Of a stretch of DNA of 64,000 nt, positions 57,491 through 64,000 are shown in pieces. The position numbers and the translations under genes were made by a program. The first letter of the stretch is position 1. Every line of letters begins with the position of its first letter. This DNA comes from Eledone cirrhosa (Eukaryota): contig OZ024742.1 of the NCBI GenBank assembly GCA_964016885.1, forward strand, positions 280,674,001-280,738,000, read 5' to 3'. The notes beneath the pieces were generated by a model. It was not told where the DNA came from. It saw only the letters and a list, made by a program, of their open reading frames with translations, and ran no database searches.

Positions 57491-57984
57491 CTGCCAGGAG
57501 TTGCGACAGACAGATAGTATTAGCAAATGGAAAAACAAATGGAAACATTGTTTTCTCGGTCCGATTTGACACCACTCGTTAAGCGAATGAGGCCTGGGAA
57601 CCTTTCGATCGACTATCGATATTTATATATATAGCGTTAGACTATGCTTGAAACACAATTGCAGAGATAATTATATTACCAATCCCTCAAGATTCTTGAA
57701 TATTGTAGACAATTTCAGGCCTTTTCATTCATTGGAAATATAGTAATAAACAGTAAAAATGTTTATATTAATCTAAAATCCTATCATCATAATTTTAAGT
57801 AAAAACACTAGTTTAATAATGAGAAATTTAGTTATATATTTAGTTATATATTCCATCTAATTTGCCATTATTTTCAAAATTATTTGAAAATTACTAGCTG
57901 TGTCATTCATTAGAAATATAGTGATGAAAAGGTCATTGAACTGGTCTATATTGGCATTGTTTGATTATATAGAAAAGAATCTGA

Positions 57985-58397
57985 TTAATTTACACAAAAT
58001 ATGGGTGTAATCAAAGAAATCTTGAAGTAATAGTTTTTATTCTCAGTAGCTTTGCTAATTGAAGATTGGATCGCTGGTTCATTAAAAAACAGCATTACAC
58101 TGTGTTCGTTTCTTCTTTTTTTTATGCTAGATGACAAGGGAAGTTTTAATGCTTCAAGATAAAAACAAATAAGCAACCAAATAAACAAAAGAGCATAAAA
58201 TAAGAGGAGGTAAAAACATTCAATATGTTGAGTCAATGAATCAGATGTCAAATGAAATTGATATTATAACGATTACCATGTGGAATTAATGTTTGTTTTG
58301 TTTTTATAGAAATACCAAAATGTTAACTGTGGTCTCTGGGAATGTAAACGAAAAATATTTTTGTAATTGAAAAATGGAATTCTTTATCATCCACCGA

Positions 58398-58456
<59 letters not shown>

Positions 58457-58516
58457 GTCTGTCTCTCTCTCACTATCCCTCTCATTCTCTCTCTTTCTCG
58501 CTCTCTCTCTCTGTCT

Positions 58517-58559
<43 letters not shown>

Positions 58560-58733
58560 CGTGCACACATGTCTCTCTCTCTCTCTCTCTTTCTATCTCT
58601 TTCTATATATATATATGTGCCTGCGTGTGTGAGTATGTGTGTCAGCACATTTCTGTGTGATTTTCCGTAAACAACTAATTGGTAATGTATAACACGCATT
58701 AAAGGAATATTTGCGTACCAGTCTGTATTTCCT

Positions 58734-58764
<31 letters not shown>

Positions 58765-58774
58765 CTCCCTCTCC

Positions 58775-58818
<44 letters not shown>

Positions 58819-60047
58819 GTATATATATATACATATATATATACCGGGTTGTCTTAATTTTGTGAGTGTCTTTAAAGTATTGTTATATACAGTTTCCTAA
58901 TGTTTACTCTAGAATATATCACCCGTGCATGATTGGAAAGCATTTTATATCACGCCCAGGTTATTTCTTTAAGCTATATTTTATACATCATCGGCTAAAA
59001 TCTTCTTAAGAACTCAGGAAATGTTGCATAAAGGAATGTGAAAACCGTTAGCATTCATATTACTCTCTATATATGATTGTATTTTCGCGGTAAAGGCTTT
59101 ATCTCACATAATTATCCCATATAATATTGAATCTATGTGATTCTGATATTATTTATTTTGAGAACAGTACCTTAATGTTGGATGAGAAGCCGGTCACAAC
59201 CAGTTTAAACAGGAAAAGGTGAGAGAATTCTGGCAGTATATGGCCAGTTTAAATGGTAAAGGATTAAAAAAATATATATATGCTACATAATGTGCATTTT
59301 CCTGCAGTATGCGTAAACTGCGTTTTCTAATAACCTGGCCTGTCTACCGGATTGCACATATGGTTAGGGTTCGAGATCTTCTTTTAATAGTTGTGTTATA
59401 CTGTGCGCTGAATTGGAATAGTGCCTGTACATTGCACATGGATCTATAAACGACCGTGGAGAAAGTACACTAAAATGACACGGAGAAACTTTGTCTCATA
59501 CGATTTGTCTCATAGAGCCGAATTTTATTCACCGTCACCAGAATAATTATTGCGGGCACATGTAATGTTATGTAATGCAAAGAGAAAACAGCGGTGCTAT
59601 TTGACATAATGTAGAGTACTTTTATTTCGAGTTATTTTCGAAAGATTTTAATTATCCCGTCTCTCTGTGACACTCTTTGATTACGTATAGAATAATCTCA
59701 TTAATTTACACGAAATATTGGTGTAACCAAAGAAAACATGAAATAGTAGTTTTTATTCCCTGTTGCTTTGCTAATTAAAAATTGGATTGCTGGCTCATTA
59801 AAAACACACGTTACACTGTTTTATTCTAGATGACAAAGTGAAGTTTTAATGCTTAAGGATAAAATAGAAACAACTAAATAACTTTCTATAATAAAAGATG
59901 AAGAATAACCTTCGCGAATCACACATCAGAGGAACCTGATACTATAACGTTTAACATGTGAAAAACTTGTTTTATTTTTTTTAGAAATACCAAAAGGATA
60001 ACTATGGACTCTGAGAATGTAAATCCAAAAATATTTTTGTAATTAAA
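57985..60047 (+). repeat. Diverged ~370 bp direct duplication (57985-58372 and 59700-60047)
   Basis: taatttacacRaaatat...gctttgctaatt...ctagatgacaa...tagaaataccaaaa...atttttgtaatt is shared by both copies. Confidence 0.75.
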
Positions 60048-60191
60048 TAAGTAAATGTACAGACACACACACACTTACATATATATATATAACTGAAAAA
60101 AAAAATATATATGTATGTGTCTGTCTGTGTATACATGTGTAGCGTACACATTTTGGCATTATATAACGCATATTAGCTGAATACTTACCTC

Positions 60192-60292
<101 letters not shown>

Positions 60293-60334
60293 TTCTGAAT
60301 ATATGTGTGTTTGTATGTATGCGTGTTTATGTAT

Positions 60335-61520
<1,186 letters not shown>

Positions 61521-61629
61521 CATATATACACATCTATTTATGTATATATATATATTTACACATATATATATATATATATACTGCATTGTTGAGGCTTCCA
61601 AAACGCCCAATTATATTTATATATTCATA

Positions 61630-61688
<59 letters not shown>

Positions 61689-62274
61689 CTTCATATGCCT
61701 ATAAAATGTGAATGGAATTTATTATCGAATTGGAAATATATACGTGGAGTAATTGACATACCAAAGATCTAGCGCTATAGTGCAAACTAACTCTAGAGAG
61801 TTTATACTTAGCTCACACATCGCTCAAAATGTTTTTATGCTCTCATCCTACACGAAAAGATACCAAAAGTTTCAAACACAGGAACAGAATTAGGTTCATA
61901 ACTCGACGAGAAAACTAATTTTAATGCGTAAAATTAGGTTGAAATCACTTCAGGGGATAGCAAAACTGCGAGTATGAAAGAGTAGAACTCCCGCAGATTC
62001 AGACACCATGCTGTGTCTGTCAGTGATCTATGGTAGTTAGGGGAAATTTCCGAATTATGTTTCTGCTCAGTCTAAGTGAAAAATTGAATTACCGGAGAGA
62101 TCAGAGAACTTTCCGCCAAGATTTAGATTATAATTTTAACTTTCTATTGGGATCGTTGAACTATAACAATATAACAATCTGAATTGTCGGCTCGAAAATA
62201 TAAGTGTACCATCGCTTCAGTGGAACATTACATTTTAGTGTGTGTGTATATATATATATATACGTGTGTGCGGG

Positions 62275-62307
<33 letters not shown>

Positions 62308-62480
62308 TGTTTGTGTGTCTATATATATATAAGGAAAATGAATAAAAAATGCAACTGGGGTCTTAAGAATATTTATTATAAATATTCTTAAAAAGACTGC
62401 AGTTACATTTTCTATTTCTTTTCCTTATACTTTCACTCGCGTAGGACATCTCGACTTTTTTATTAAAAAAACCTCATTTT

Positions 62481-62528
<48 letters not shown>

Positions 62529-62577
62529 TTGAGTAAAATGACAGGAGGCCGGACTGGTGAAATTCCTTAAAGATTTA

Positions 62578-62637
62578 TTACAAACACATTTCAATGACCG
62601 GGTTCTGTAGGTACCCGGTGACATCATCAGGTGTTAC
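62578..62637 (-). ncRNA. Degenerate hammerhead candidate
   Basis: Minus strand: aacac CTGATGA tgtc accggg tacctacagaa cccggt catt GAAAT gtgtt; stem III is defective. Confidence 0.45.
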
Positions 62638-62782
62638 CAAATTTATTTAATAGAGGAATATAGTAATGATAGACACATTCCAAGGGGCTGAAGAGTAGAG
62701 AGAAATCTTTAAGACCTGAAGCCAGTAGTTGCCAGTCTGGATGACCACCTTCAAGTGGTGAACCGACAAACATAAATGTGTG

Positions 62783-62838
<56 letters not shown>

Positions 62839-62845
62839 TATATAT

Positions 62846-63787
62846 CACATTTGAGCTGACTTTTGGGAGGCTTCCATATAGCTTTGATTTTTCATCCTCA
62901 GTGTATACTGATTAATGTTCAGAGCCATCCTCAGCATTCTCGTGTAGCACCCATCCACCATGTAAGTGAGTTTCTTGGTCAGTGTCCAAGCCCCAGACCC
63001 GTGCAGCAGCAAAGAATCCACTACTGAAATGTAGAGGCGGATTTTCAGGTCTTTACGAAGGTCCGACTTCCACACCTATCTCAAGCTGTGGCACGCCGCC
63101 CAGGCTTTGCTCTTCCTCTCAACCACATCATCTTCCGTATTCAAAATCTCTGCTCCCAAATACAGGAAGTCCTCAACCAATTCTTGCGGCTTTCCGCCTA
63201 CATTAGTGATCCCCTCTCGCTTCTCAACATTTTCTACCAGATATTTTGTTTTAGTCTCATTCATTCTCAGCCCCACACTCATCGACACAGTCTCAACTTC
63301 CTGCATCAAATCCTCTGCCTCCTTCACTGTATTTGTCACCATTACTATGTCGCCGGCAAATTCAGCATCCGATATCTTTTTCGCCTTAACTCTCCTGCTC
63401 TGAGCCGGTGCTACAGTAAAGCCAGAGTCCTGCTGTTTCTCCAGTGCAAGGTGCATAGAATAGTCCACTACGATGATAAAAAGGTAGGGAACCAATGTAT
63501 CTCCCTGGATCACTCCAGCCAGTATCTCAAAGAACTCAGTCATCCCATCAGAGTTGACTGAGGTTAGCTGGACATGCTCCCCGACATCCAGAGTTAACAT
63601 TGCACTCAGTGCTCCTGTGGGAGCCCCTACATGGATACACTGGAAGAAGAAGACCAGGGTTAACGTATGTTGATGCGCTAAGGACAGATACTAGTCTGTT
63701 GGAGACGCAGAACATTGCAGCGATAATGAAGGACAGAGACCGCTGGAGAGAACTCGTCCATGGATCTCGGGAATTTTACCCGCCCTA

Positions 63788-63788
<1 letters not shown>
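62846..63788. mobile_element. RTE-type LINE copy with 5' inversion
   Basis: 62846-63555 is the RT segment on the minus strand; 63556-63788 is the 3' end on the plus strand (...SREFYPP*); same family as 50077. Confidence 0.9.
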
Positions 63789-63827
<39 letters not shown>

Positions 63828-63858
63828 CTATGTGTGTGTGCGTGTGTGTGTATGTATT

Positions 63859-63995
63859 TAACAAATTTAATATAGAAATGGCTTCTCCATGATTAGTACT
63901 GTTTCATTCAAAGGAAATCAGGGATTTCTTGATGCTTTCCTTCGAACGAAATAATTCCAGTCCCGTAGGAGCCATTTCTATATTAAATTTGTTGT
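63859..63995. repeat. Small foldback element
   Basis: aacaaatttaatatagaaatggct / agccatttctatattaaatttgtt; related sequence at 38598-38660. Confidence 0.65.
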
Positions 63996-64000
63996 ATACA

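Overview
Gene-poor, AT-rich eukaryotic DNA dominated by (TA)n, (CA)n and (GA)n microsatellites. The SINE and repeat content resembles an octopod cephalopod; this is inferred from recalled SINE motifs and not verified. No host protein-coding gene is supportable, and nearly all ORF-track entries are microsatellite artefacts. The window contains: a full-length but decayed L1/Tx1-type LINE (7847-13948, -) and a degenerate relative; three Penelope-like element (PLE) remnants with GIY-YIG endonucleases; RTE, CR1/L2 and CRE-like LINE fragments; tRNA-derived SINEs; non-autonomous Helitrons; and a hAT-like element. The main unannotated signal is about 24 complete or near-complete type I hammerhead ribozyme (HHR) motifs, plus several truncated ones, in roughly 10 unrelated sequence families. 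They lie at PLE termini and in small non-coding elements (about 200-1600 bp) arranged as foldbacks or as tandem/circularly permuted 520-660 nt units, almost all inserted in (TA)n tracts. They show stem covariation, palindromic loop III and atypical cores (CAGAAGA; the compensatory UUGAAAA). Together this suggests a diverse PLE-dependent, retrozyme-like system of self-cleaving and possibly circular RNAs. Coordinates were read by eye and may be off by a few bases.
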